Shown here one piece after another: positions 1-8,656 of a DNA stretch of 18,491 nucleotides; the first letter of the stretch is position 1, and each line of letters opens with the position of its first letter. The notes under the pieces were generated by a model. That model was not told where the DNA came from, ran no database searches, and worked only from the letters and a program-made list of their open reading frames with translations. The stretch is from Candidatus Micrarchaeota archaeon. GTDB taxonomy: Archaea > B1Sed10-29 > WALL01 > WAMD01. The stretch lies in contig CAZZDL010000011.1 in NCBI GenBank assembly GCA_964652335.1, positions 1 to 18,491 of the forward strand. The letters run 5' to 3'. A program made the translations under genes and the position numbers.

Positions 1-40
1 ATGCAAAACATTTTTATATCTAAGTTATAGTATATGAAAT

Positions 41-793
41 ATGGCTTCTAAATGTATAAAAACAAGAAGATTCTCTAACGTTAGCAAATGGGTTGCAGAT
101 GATACAGGGGAAGGTGGGTTCATCGTCTTGTATAAACCAGAGAAAATAATCTTTAGCAAAAAATCTAAATATCAAGATATAGCAATTATTGAAAACAAGT
201 CATTTGGAAGAATGCTATTTCTTGACGGGGAAGTACAGATAGGCGAACTAGACGCAGATGTGTACAACAAAGCCATAGTTGATCCAATATTCAAAAGAAA
301 AAGAAGGGTAAAAAAGGTTGTTATCCTTGGTGGGGGAGACGGGGGGGTATTACACGAATTGTTGTCGCGCGGAATTGAAGAAGCATATCTAGTAGACATA
401 GATGAAGAAGTTGTAAAAGCTTGTAGGAAATATTTAAAAAAGATACATAAAGGTGCTTTCTCTGACAGACGAGCAAGGATTGTTATACAGGATGCAAACG
501 AGTTTCTAAAGGCGAATAAAGGTTTTGACGCAGTGATATACGATTTAACTATGTTTCCAAACCTTGGAAGAACAAAGCGAGAAAAATATCTGTCAGAGAT
601 ATTCAAAAACGTAAAGAACGCCTTGAAGAAAGATGGGATATTTAGTATGCAAATGTGTTCTGTATTTGACAAAGAAACTTATCGGTTCATAATGAGAATA
701 CTAAAAAGATACTTCAAGGATATAATTGTAACAAAGGCTTTTATCCAACCGTACTGTGAGTATTGGCTGTTCGCTTCTGCAAAGCCAAAGTAA
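41..793 (+). CDS. speE: Polyamine aminopropyltransferase (spermidine/spermine synthase family)
   Basis: Motifs KSKYQDI, FGRMLFLDGEVQ, dcSAM-binding VVILGGGDGG, VDIDEEVV, IQDANEFL and FDAVIYDL. TATA-like TTTTTATA at 11-18 about 22 nt before the ATG suggests a leaderless transcript. Product specificity is uncertain. Confidence 0.88.
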   Translation: MASKCIKTRRFSNVSKWVADDTGEGGFIVLYKPEKIIFSKKSKYQDIAIIENKSFGRMLFLDGEVQIGELDADVYNKAIVDPIFKRKRRVKKVVILGGGDGGVLHELLSRGIEEAYLVDIDEEVVKACRKYLKKIHKGAFSDRRARIVIQDANEFLKANKGFDAVIYDLTMFPNLGRTKREKYLSEIFKNVKNALKKDGIFSMQMCSVFDKETYRFIMRILKRYFKDIIVTKAFIQPYCEYWLFASAKPK

Positions 794-804
794 GGAATAA
801 TGCA

Positions 805-855
805 GTGAATTTCTAGTAACTATTTTTAAGCAAGGATGTGTCTAAATTATTGGTG
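805..855 (+). repeat. 51-bp direct repeat, copy 1 (contains TATA-like TTTTTAAG and GGTG RBS of hicB)
   Basis: GTGAATTTCTAGTAACTATTTTTAAGCAAGGATGTGTCTAAATTATTGGTG, identical to 1303-1353. Confidence 0.97.
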
Positions 856-860
856 AGTGA

Positions 861-1088
861 ATGAGACTAAGCGCAGTAATAAAGAAAGAGGGGAAATGGT
901 TTGTGGCGTGGTGTCCAGAGCTTGACATAGCTAGTCAAGGAAAGACAAAGAAAGAGGCTATTTCTAACTTAAGAGAAGCCATAGAGCTGTATCTAGAAGA
1001 CGAAGATGCAGAAAGACCAAAGCGAGCAGAGATCATAAACATAGAGGTGAACGCTCGTGCCAAAACTACCAGCACTGTCAGCACGTGA
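861..1088 (+). CDS. hicB: HicB-family antitoxin (UPF0150-like, short form without a C-terminal DNA-binding domain)
   Basis: IKKEGKWFVAWCPELDIASQGKTKKEAISNLREAIELYLE is the typical HicB core. GGTGA RBS at 852-856. Confidence 0.92.
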   Translation: MRLSAVIKKEGKWFVAWCPELDIASQGKTKKEAISNLREAIELYLEDEDAERPKRAEIINIEVNARAKTTSTVST

Positions 1089-1287
1089 AATAATCAACAT
1101 ACTAACAAAGCACGGATTCAAAATAGTTGGCAGAAAGGGAAGCCACATAAGATTAAAAAAGAAAAACAAAGGTACGTCAATAGTGATCGTTCCTGACCAC
1201 AAGGAACTAGCTCCTGGAACTCTAATGTCAATAATAAGACAAAGCAAGCTACCAAAGGAAGAATTTATTAAACAAAGGCGTAGGTAG
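1057..1287 (+). CDS. hicA: HicA-family mRNA interferase toxin
   Basis: MPKLP..S.REII..L...GF...GRKGSHIRL...IVPDHKELAPGTL.SI.RQ, with the catalytic GSH motif. GTG start with GAGGTGA RBS at 1044-1050. Overlaps hicB by 32 nt. Confidence 0.93.
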   Translation: MPKLPALSAREIINILTKHGFKIVGRKGSHIRLKKKNKGTSIVIVPDHKELAPGTLMSIIRQSKLPKEEFIKQRRR

Positions 1288-1302
1288 TGGAATGCAATAG
1301 CG

Positions 1303-1353
1303 GTGAATTTCTAGTAACTATTTTTAAGCAAGGATGTGTCTAAATTATTGGTG
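1303..1353 (+). repeat. 51-bp direct repeat, copy 2 (promoter/RBS of the 647-aa surface protein gene)
   Basis: Exact match to 805-855, 498 bp downstream. Ends 5 nt before the ATG at 1359, the same spacing as copy 1 to the ATG at 861. Confidence 0.97.
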
Positions 1354-1358
1354 GTTTC

Positions 1359-3302
1359 ATGAAAGCCTTACATTTGTCCCTTCTAATACTACTCTTAACG
1401 CTGAGTTTTTCTCTAGCATCTCAGCTTGCTATAAAAAACCCAACAGGGACAGAATACTGTTGGGGAACATTGTTCGTATCCGCAAGCTTCATTGATGATT
1501 ACGGCAGCCCAATATCTGATGCAGACGTGTATCTATCCTGGAAAAATTCCACAGTAAAAATGACATACAATTCAGCCACAGAAGAATACGAAACTAACAT
1601 TGAAATAATAAAAATGGGGGATTACACCCTGAACGTACACACTCAATACGGTGGTGAAAACTTTTCTGATTCTAAGCAGATATACATAAACTCATCAAGA
1701 ATAGATTTAGAGATTATCAAGCCGTCTGGTAGCTATGGGCCTGGAACGATCCCGGTCAAGCTGAAAGTCTTGGTGGGTGGAGAGGAAAGAGAAGATGTAT
1801 CTGCGGCCATAACTGTTGGAAATATATCCAAAACAATTGAGTATCCATACTCTTCATCTGTGGATTTGGGAGCTGGAGAATACGAACTAGTAGCAGAGGT
1901 TTCTGCAGACAACAGTTATGCAAATGCATCCACTAGCTTCAATGTCTCAGAAGACGTACTAAAAGCTAGTATAGTAAACCCTAAAAATCAAACATATTCT
2001 GGAACAATTCCAATTGATGTAGACGTTTGGAGTAACGGAGTATTCGTTCATCACCTAAATGTGACTGGGCTTATCTACTCAAACGGAGAGTTAGTGCGAG
2101 CTATAAGCATACCTGAAAGTCAAGAACATTATTCTGCCGAGATAGGGTTAGACCCAGGGTACTACAAACTAGTGGTGGAAGCCAATAATGGAGGAAACAT
2201 AGTTAGAGACACTGTATTCTTTGGGGTGGAAGGGATAATCCAAACAAACAATACAACAACCGTGATACCAAAAGAAAAGGAAATGAGTATTAGCATAGTA
2301 TGGACTGATCTAAAAAGAAGGTATTATGCCAAAGGAGCTGAGGGGATTATTGCCGTATTGCTTAAAGATCCATTCACAGGTTTGGAGATAAAAAATGCAA
2401 ACGTCACTTGTTGTGTATCATTGGAAAAAAAGAAAGAATGCTTCAATCTTGAAGGAGATGGATTGTACAAGCACAAATACATGTTTGGGGAAGAAGGATG
2501 GTACGAAATTAGCGTAAATGCCAGTGCACTAGGATATGAGACTACCAGTCTAAAATTCCCACCAATATTAGTTGGCAAGCCAGAATTAAAACCGCCTGCT
2601 GGATACGAAGAGATAAAGGATTACATATTCACAATAATGTCTCCTGAGAAGGGAATAACTTATCCTGAGGGTAAAGGACTCCCATTGAGGATACAGCTAC
2701 TAACAAAAGATGGCATGCCTGTAGATAACGCAAACGTAACAGCTGAGATAAACGGATGGGAATTCCCGATGGATTATGATATAAACGGAGAATACACAGC
2801 TGAGACCGAGGCCTTGGATTCTGGAGAATACGATCTAACATTTACTGTGTCCCACAATGAAACCACTTTCAAGAGAACAATGAAGGTATATGTTTCTGCA
2901 AATAAACTAAACGTGGAAATAGTCTTTCCGACCAATGCTAGCAACATAACATCAGATGAAATAACAATCCAAGCAATGATAACAGATCAATCTGGAGACA
3001 TAGTTCCAGACGCTGATGTGAAAGCAATACTGACTTCCCCAGAGAGTGGAGCACATTCAATCAAGCTGACTAGAAACTTAAAAACAGGCTATTACGAAAT
3101 AAACTACACGCTGGACGCACCAGGAAAATGGAAACTAAAAGTAACTGCCAGCAAACTAGGCCTAGTCTCTGGAGAGAGTGAGACAGAATTCACAGCCAAC
3201 TTTGAGAAAGAGTTCTTCATTTCCACAAAGGATATAGTCGCAGGTGCGATAATCTTGGCTTCAATAATCATAATAATCATAATAGTAAGAGCAATGATCT
3301 GA
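1359..3302 (+). CDS. Secreted, C-terminally membrane-anchored cell-surface protein with tandem Ig-like domains
   Basis: N-terminal signal peptide (MKALHLSLLILLLTLSFSLA). Recurring D-x-x-G-x-x-I/V-x-x-A-x-V motif (DDYGSPISDADV, DPFTGLEIKNANV, TKDGMPVDNANV, DQSGDIVPDADV) and G-x-Y strands. C-terminal hydrophobic helix. Many N-x-S/T sequons. Confidence 0.8.
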   Translation: MKALHLSLLILLLTLSFSLASQLAIKNPTGTEYCWGTLFVSASFIDDYGSPISDADVYLSWKNSTVKMTYNSATEEYETNIEIIKMGDYTLNVHTQYGGENFSDSKQIYINSSRIDLEIIKPSGSYGPGTIPVKLKVLVGGEEREDVSAAITVGNISKTIEYPYSSSVDLGAGEYELVAEVSADNSYANASTSFNVSEDVLKASIVNPKNQTYSGTIPIDVDVWSNGVFVHHLNVTGLIYSNGELVRAISIPESQEHYSAEIGLDPGYYKLVVEANNGGNIVRDTVFFGVEGIIQTNNTTTVIPKEKEMSISIVWTDLKRRYYAKGAEGIIAVLLKDPFTGLEIKNANVTCCVSLEKKKECFNLEGDGLYKHKYMFGEEGWYEISVNASALGYETTSLKFPPILVGKPELKPPAGYEEIKDYIFTIMSPEKGITYPEGKGLPLRIQLLTKDGMPVDNANVTAEINGWEFPMDYDINGEYTAETEALDSGEYDLTFTVSHNETTFKRTMKVYVSANKLNVEIVFPTNASNITSDEITIQAMITDQSGDIVPDADVKAILTSPESGAHSIKLTRNLKTGYYEINYTLDAPGKWKLKVTASKLGLVSGESETEFTANFEKEFFISTKDIVAGAIILASIIIIIIIVRAMI

Positions 3303-3377
3303 TGATTAAAAGTATTCATCGTTAAAGCAAAAATTTTTATAGAAGTTAGTTCAGAATTTCCAACGGGGGAGAGGGAA

Positions 3378-6254
3378 ATGAGAGTACTATTTGTATTCAC
3401 AGTAATCTTTCTTCTTGGTGTAACGGCGTTTAGCTATGCCCATGACGCAGAGCTAACTTGGCAAGACGCTAGCGTTTCTGGTAAATGGAAGGGATATATC
3501 TGCAGATGTACAAAATGTGCATGGGACAGAAATTGGGGAAGCGCCGCAACAAAGGTGGGTTTATCAAATGGAAAAGGTGATTATTTCACGATTACATACT
3601 CATGGCCCGATCAAATAAAGGGAGACTACTACAAAGTAAAAGAAATATCTGCATACGCAAAGGAATGGTCAATCTGTAGTTCATCTGCCGGCTTACTAAG
3701 TATATACAATCTAAAATCAAGCAAATGGGATCGCATAGGTGGAGCAAATTGTGGGACAAACACGTTCGGAAAAACGTTAAATGGAGATGACTGGTTCAAT
3801 TACTCTTCTAACTCAGTAAAAATCCATTTAAGCTCAACCCGGGGAACAGATAATAAACTATACGAAGTCTGGGTATCTAAAGTAAAATACTGGTACAACT
3901 ATTTCCCAAAAGTAGAATTCCTACTGCCTAATGAGGTATACGTAAATCAAAGCAAAATAAACACTAACTTCTCCGTATACGACCCAGACGGAGATCCCGT
4001 AAACTATACATACCACTGGATGTACAACAACGCTAGCCTAAACACAAACTCAACAGAACTAGACCTAAATCTATCCATTGGAGACAAGATTGTCCTAGCA
4101 GTAAACGCATGTGACCAATACAATTGTACAGAAATAAATCATACAATGAGTGTCATAAACTTTAAACCACGCATGGATATGAATGCTCCATTAAAAGTCA
4201 AAGGGGATCAAACCTTTGACATAACGATAAATGTAACTGACCTTTTAGAGGAAAATCAGTCTCATAATCTCACTTGTTCCCTTGAAAATTTATCTATAGC
4301 AAAGAACGTAAGTATTGGGACAGCGAAAATTAACCTAACCTCTCCATCAGATGAGGGGAAATACACAATAATTTGCAAAGCATGCGATGACCTAGAATGT
4401 ACAACAGAGAAAAAAGAGATAGAAGTAGACAACACTCCCCCAAAATTACTGAGCATAGAGATACCAGATTGCACAAATTTGAAAAACATTAACTGGACAA
4501 TAAATGAAGATGGATATCTAGAATTTTCAAGTGGTCTAAACTTCGTCTCTGATCAGAACATTACTGAAGGAAACATGTACCTATGCGTAAGGCCTATAGA
4601 CATCGCTGGGAACATAGGGGATGTCGTTTGCAAGAATGTAACTGTGGATCTAACACCTCCAAAACTAGTATTCAATGAATCAGAGATCTTCCTACCGAAT
4701 GCTACAATTGCTATGCAAGCAGAAGACATATGCGGGATCTCCAAGCTTTCCATATCTAACCCCTTAAATCAATCGTTACTCTGTTCAACAAAAAATGAGA
4801 CAATAATATGTAATTCCAGCCTGCCTAGAGGAGATAACTTTGTGGAATTCCACCTGGAAGATAACGCAGGAAACGAAGTGACAAGAGTTATCAAAATCAG
4901 GGTAAACATGCTCCCCTCAGCTATAGCTATGATCCCAGAAACATTTGCAGACTCAAATCTAACCTGTTCTCCAATCAACATATCAAACGAGCCTGACCAA
5001 GATATTAGCTACACTACCAGTTGGATAAAGAATGGCCAGCTAGTGAATATCTCTAACTACTCCCTGGCAAAGAGGGACAATTTAACCTGCATATTAAACC
5101 TGAGCGATGGGCTTGAATGGACACTAGCTAATGCGTCAACAACAGTAAAAAATTCTCCCCCCACTATCAAGGCAACATGGGATCCAGAATATCCTGCAGT
5201 AAATGAACAAATAAGCCTACTCGTCGTTACCGAGGACGTAGATGGAGATAACGTAACACTAATAACAAGAGTAGAAAACGAAACACTAAACGATTCAAAG
5301 GCAACATTATCCTTTGACAAATCAGGAAACAAGACAATATCCGTATCTGCTTGGGACGGAGAGAACCAGACCAATACTAGCTTGATAATCTATGTCCATG
5401 AATGTGGAAATGGTATCCTCGAACCTGGAGAAGAATGCGATGGGACTGCTAAGCAAGGTTATATATGCCAGTCCTGCAGACTAAAGAAAATTAAATCTAA
5501 AAGCTCTGGAAGCTCTGGAGGTACTGGGTCTGGTGGATCCTACTCAAGTTCTGGCCCATCCGGACCAGTCTCTAATGGCGACACAAAGATAGAACCAAAA
5601 ATATTCAAGCACCCAACAGACTGGATAGATCTCCTTGTAAAGGAAGCAGGGTATGCATATAACAGCAACGCTAATGCATACAGAACAGAATTTAGGATAA
5701 GATTCAACATAACTCAGGATTTGGCAAATGCAAGTCTGATAGACAATGTACCAAAACTCTTTACAGATGTGGAATGCAACATTGGAAGCTGCTGGCTGGT
5801 AAACAATCAAAATAACTCAGATCTAAATGCAATAAAATGGAGAGCCAAAAACATTAACAATGGAACAACGATAGAGATAAAGATCTTGGGAAAGGAAGTC
5901 CTAAGGTCTACGCTCGCCAAAATAGTGAAAGAGTCTAGCTTACCAGAGCTTAAGGCATTCAAACTAGTGACAGAGAATAAAGGATCAAAAGCCGATGTTA
6001 AAGCTAGTAGCAGTGAAAAGGAGTCCAAAGAGCCAAAAGTAAAAAACATAAGTGAATATGTAATAGAAAAGGCAGAGATAACTGGGATGATAACTAAAAA
6101 AGAAGACTACTCATTCCTCCTACCAATAATAGCAAGTATAGCAATCCTAGTTATAGGATTTAAGCAAAGGAGCAATCTCAGAAGGTTGGGCATTCGCCTT
6201 AAAGCAATGGCTACAAAAATGAGTTCTAGAAACAGAAATGCCATTGGCAGTTAA
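3378..6254 (+). CDS. Large membrane-anchored surface protein/adhesin (Cys/Trp-rich head, Ig-like stalk, Cys-rich repeat, Gly/Ser linker)
   Basis: Signal peptide; DPDGD, DVDGD, DNTPP and DLTPP Ig/cadherin-like motifs; CGNGILEPGEECDG (DUF4215/Myxococcus cysteine-rich repeat type); SSGSSGGTGSGGS linker; C-terminal TM helix followed by a basic tail. Confidence 0.8.
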   Translation: MRVLFVFTVIFLLGVTAFSYAHDAELTWQDASVSGKWKGYICRCTKCAWDRNWGSAATKVGLSNGKGDYFTITYSWPDQIKGDYYKVKEISAYAKEWSICSSSAGLLSIYNLKSSKWDRIGGANCGTNTFGKTLNGDDWFNYSSNSVKIHLSSTRGTDNKLYEVWVSKVKYWYNYFPKVEFLLPNEVYVNQSKINTNFSVYDPDGDPVNYTYHWMYNNASLNTNSTELDLNLSIGDKIVLAVNACDQYNCTEINHTMSVINFKPRMDMNAPLKVKGDQTFDITINVTDLLEENQSHNLTCSLENLSIAKNVSIGTAKINLTSPSDEGKYTIICKACDDLECTTEKKEIEVDNTPPKLLSIEIPDCTNLKNINWTINEDGYLEFSSGLNFVSDQNITEGNMYLCVRPIDIAGNIGDVVCKNVTVDLTPPKLVFNESEIFLPNATIAMQAEDICGISKLSISNPLNQSLLCSTKNETIICNSSLPRGDNFVEFHLEDNAGNEVTRVIKIRVNMLPSAIAMIPETFADSNLTCSPINISNEPDQDISYTTSWIKNGQLVNISNYSLAKRDNLTCILNLSDGLEWTLANASTTVKNSPPTIKATWDPEYPAVNEQISLLVVTEDVDGDNVTLITRVENETLNDSKATLSFDKSGNKTISVSAWDGENQTNTSLIIYVHECGNGILEPGEECDGTAKQGYICQSCRLKKIKSKSSGSSGGTGSGGSYSSSGPSGPVSNGDTKIEPKIFKHPTDWIDLLVKEAGYAYNSNANAYRTEFRIRFNITQDLANASLIDNVPKLFTDVECNIGSCWLVNNQNNSDLNAIKWRAKNINNGTTIEIKILGKEVLRSTLAKIVKESSLPELKAFKLVTENKGSKADVKASSSEKESKEPKVKNISEYVIEKAEITGMITKKEDYSFLLPIIASIAILVIGFKQRSNLRRLGIRLKAMATKMSSRNRNAIGS

Positions 6255-7226
6255 TACATCAATAAGCTTGTTCATCTTGAGCAAGGGGAGCTTGTGCTTG
6301 CTGGCTAGGATGTGATAGTCTATATAAGGCAGTTCAAATCCTGCCTCCTTCTTAGCTAGCTCTATCAATGCCTTGGACGCATCGCTAACACCTTTCATCT
6401 TCTTTACCAAATCCTCATCAAACAATTTCCCTGCCCAAACAGGCCCAAAGTTCTCAAAACTAGGATCCGGGAACTGTGAGTACCATCTATCCTCTGACTT
6501 CCTATCGTACACAATCCATCTAAGGGACCTCACTGCATCCGACGCTCTTTTCCTACCAGACCTGGCCTCTAAAAACACTCTGTAATAATGGAGAGTAGAA
6601 TGCACAAACACTGGCCTCAACTCTATGTCATACTTGCTAGCTTCCCTTATGGCAAATCCAATCAATGCTCTTATCCCTAGTTCATGCATAAAACTAGTTC
6701 GCCCAACCACTGCAGTGTACTTCCTAATCGCAGATGTTGGATAACTTCCGGCTAACGCAGATGTGTCTGTGTCTGTCAAGCAGATTATTCCTTTGTTCTT
6801 TACAGAGGCTGCTGCTGAATCCATAAACCTTGAAACACTCCCAAACGGATCTATGTCTATGGCGCTAAACCTTTCCTCTCTCATCAATATATTGGCGTCC
6901 TTGTTCTCCACCCTAGCATCAAGACCATTCAGCTTCAGATTTCTTTTAATGAACTTCACAGCTAATGGGCTAATATCATTGAATACTACATCTATCCCTG
7001 CTTCATTCATGACCCTTATTCCCTTTGCACCCGTGGCTGAAAATGCATCCAAAAACTCTGAAACCCTCTTGACAGAAAATAACGAAACGGTAATATCTCT
7101 ATTCAAACGCATTGCAGGATTGAAGAAGACTTTTCCTTTAGAAGGATGTCCTTTTACATCTGGGACAAACAGCTTGGTCTTTCCCTCAACTATTTGCCTT
7201 ACCTTCACTCCATCAATGCTAGTCAT
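6147..7226 (-). CDS. trm1: tRNA (guanine(26)-N2)-dimethyltransferase
   Basis: EGKTKL, VFFNPAMRLNRD, DAFSATGAKGIR, IDIDPFGS, HELGIRAL, HYYRVF, GPVWAGKL, SRTHF. Start placed at ATG 7226 (MTSIDG) rather than 7250, because the upstream extension runs through the AT-rich divergent promoter. Confidence 0.94.
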   Translation of the reverse strand: MTSIDGVKVRQIVEGKTKLFVPDVKGHPSKGKVFFNPAMRLNRDITVSLFSVKRVSEFLDAFSATGAKGIRVMNEAGIDVVFNDISPLAVKFIKRNLKLNGLDARVENKDANILMREERFSAIDIDPFGSVSRFMDSAAASVKNKGIICLTDTDTSALAGSYPTSAIRKYTAVVGRTSFMHELGIRALIGFAIREASKYDIELRPVFVHSTLHYYRVFLEARSGRKRASDAVRSLRWIVYDRKSEDRWYSQFPDPSFENFGPVWAGKLFDEDLVKKMKGVSDASKALIELAKKEAGFELPYIDYHILASKHKLPLLKMNKLIDVLTANGISVSRTHFCSHCFKANAQPSEIAPLLKSYN

Positions 7227-7276
7227 GCTAAGTTTTATGTAAATAAACATTAAATAAAGAAACTCGTAAATACATC

Positions 7277-7939
7277 ATGCTTGTCCTTGGTATAGATGAA
7301 GCTGGAAGAGGTCCAGTAATAGGTTCAATGATAATAGCAGGGGTCCTAGTTGAAGAAGACACAATCAGAAAACTTGATGAAATAGGATGCAAGGATTCTA
7401 AACTACTGTCTCCATCTGAAAGAGAGAGACTAGCCAGGGAGGTAGAGGTAATAGCTAAGGAAGTTAGGCTAGTGGAAACGACGGCAAGGGAGATAGACTC
7501 CTTGAGGCGGGTAATTAGTCTAAATGAAATAGAAGCTAGGAAAATAGCAGAACTTATTGACAAGTTTGAAAACAAACCTGACAAGATAATAATAGACTGT
7601 CCAGACCCAGAGCCCTCTAGGTTCATAGCTAGACTCAGAAAGTACATAGACGTAGATGAATACGAACTAGTTGTGGAACACAAGGCTGACGCTAAATATC
7701 CAGTGGTCTCTGCTGCTAGTATAATCGCAAAAGTAGCTAGGGATTTGCATGTTAGGGAATTATCTGAGAAATATGGAATAAAGCTAGGAACTGGATACTC
7801 ACATGATGAAGATGCAATAAAGGCAATAGAAGAATACCTGGAAAAAGATGGGAAGCTTCCACCCTTTGTTAGAAAGTCATGGGATACGTCTAAAAGGATA
7901 CTGGAAAAAAAGAGTCAAAAAAAGCTAATAGACTTCTAG
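7277..7939 (+). CDS. rnhB: Ribonuclease HII
   Basis: GIDEAGRGPVIG, KDSKLL, EHKAD..YPVVSAASIIAKVARD, G.GY..D, and a C-terminal PIP box QKKLIDF (PCNA binding). Confidence 0.97.
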   Translation: MLVLGIDEAGRGPVIGSMIIAGVLVEEDTIRKLDEIGCKDSKLLSPSERERLAREVEVIAKEVRLVETTAREIDSLRRVISLNEIEARKIAELIDKFENKPDKIIIDCPDPEPSRFIARLRKYIDVDEYELVVEHKADAKYPVVSAASIIAKVARDLHVRELSEKYGIKLGTGYSHDEDAIKAIEEYLEKDGKLPPFVRKSWDTSKRILEKKSQKKLIDF

Positions 7940-7969
7940 CCTGATCCTCTCTTGTTTAGCGTTTAGACA

Positions 7970-8614
7970 TTAAGCTTTCCCCTCAATCTCTTTAAAGAAT
8001 TCGTCAAGAAATTCTTCCATAAATCTATGCCTATGCTCAGCAATCCTCTTGGCTGTCTCTGTATTCATTCTGTCCTTGAGTAACAAAAGCTTTTCATAAA
8101 AATGGTTTATTGACGAACCTTTTGTGGATTTGTATTCTTCAAAGCTAGAATGCATTACTGGCTTAGACTCATCATATATTGGTCTTCCCAGCTTTGCACC
8201 TGTGGCGAAACATCTAGCTATCCCTATTGCTCCTAACGCGTCCAGCCTGTCAGCGTCTTGCACGATCTTGCCCTCTAGTGTCCTTGGAACGCTTTTAACA
8301 TTTGCCCCTTTGAATGATATTCTTTTAATCTCATCTATTATCAATGCTATTTCTTCATCATTGAACCCAGATTCCTTTAACAACCGCTTAGTCCTGTCAA
8401 AATTGTCAGAGAACTTCCAGTCATCTATATCATGAGCTAAGGCTATGGCCTGAGTCAGGGATAAGTCCGCTCCCTCTTCTTCTGCTATTCTCTTCGCGAG
8501 CCTCCAAACCCTGTAGACATGCCACCAATCATGGCCAGATTCTTCTCCAGAAAGCATGTCTTTAACCAAGGAAGCTAGTTTGTCTATTCTTGATTCTTCT
8601 ATTTCTTCTCCCAT
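7970..8614 (-). CDS. HD-domain metal-dependent phosphohydrolase (YedJ-like)
   Basis: GHDWWHVYRV, AHDIDD, IVQDADRLDALGAIGIARCF, HFYEKLLLLKDRMNTETAK. Confidence 0.9.
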   Translation of the reverse strand: MGEEIEESRIDKLASLVKDMLSGEESGHDWWHVYRVWRLAKRIAEEEGADLSLTQAIALAHDIDDWKFSDNFDRTKRLLKESGFNDEEIALIIDEIKRISFKGANVKSVPRTLEGKIVQDADRLDALGAIGIARCFATGAKLGRPIYDESKPVMHSSFEEYKSTKGSSINHFYEKLLLLKDRMNTETAKRIAEHRHRFMEEFLDEFFKEIEGKA

Positions 8615-8641
8615 GGACTACACCTATCCAATTAACCATAC

Positions 8642-8656
8642 AAAAAAAGAAAAAAG
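8642..8656 (-). terminator. Oligo-T tract, likely terminator of the 5S transcription unit
   Basis: The minus strand reads CTTTTTTCTTTTTTT downstream of the 5S gene and its trailer. Archaeal intrinsic terminators are oligo-T tracts. Confidence 0.5.

Noticed and set aside
11..30. TTATATCTAA resembling an archaeal dif half-site
   Set aside because: No matching inverted half-site is visible, and it is better explained as the TATA box of the first gene.
805..1353. CRISPR array or IS element as the explanation for the 51-bp repeats
   Set aside because: There are only two copies, 498 bp apart, enclosing genes. No cas gene, transposase or terminal inverted repeats are present.
6450..6520. Trm1 lacking the Cys zinc-finger residues in this segment
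   Set aside because: Degenerate zinc fingers occur among archaeal Trm1 proteins and the catalytic motifs are intact, so this is not evidence of a pseudogene or of novelty.
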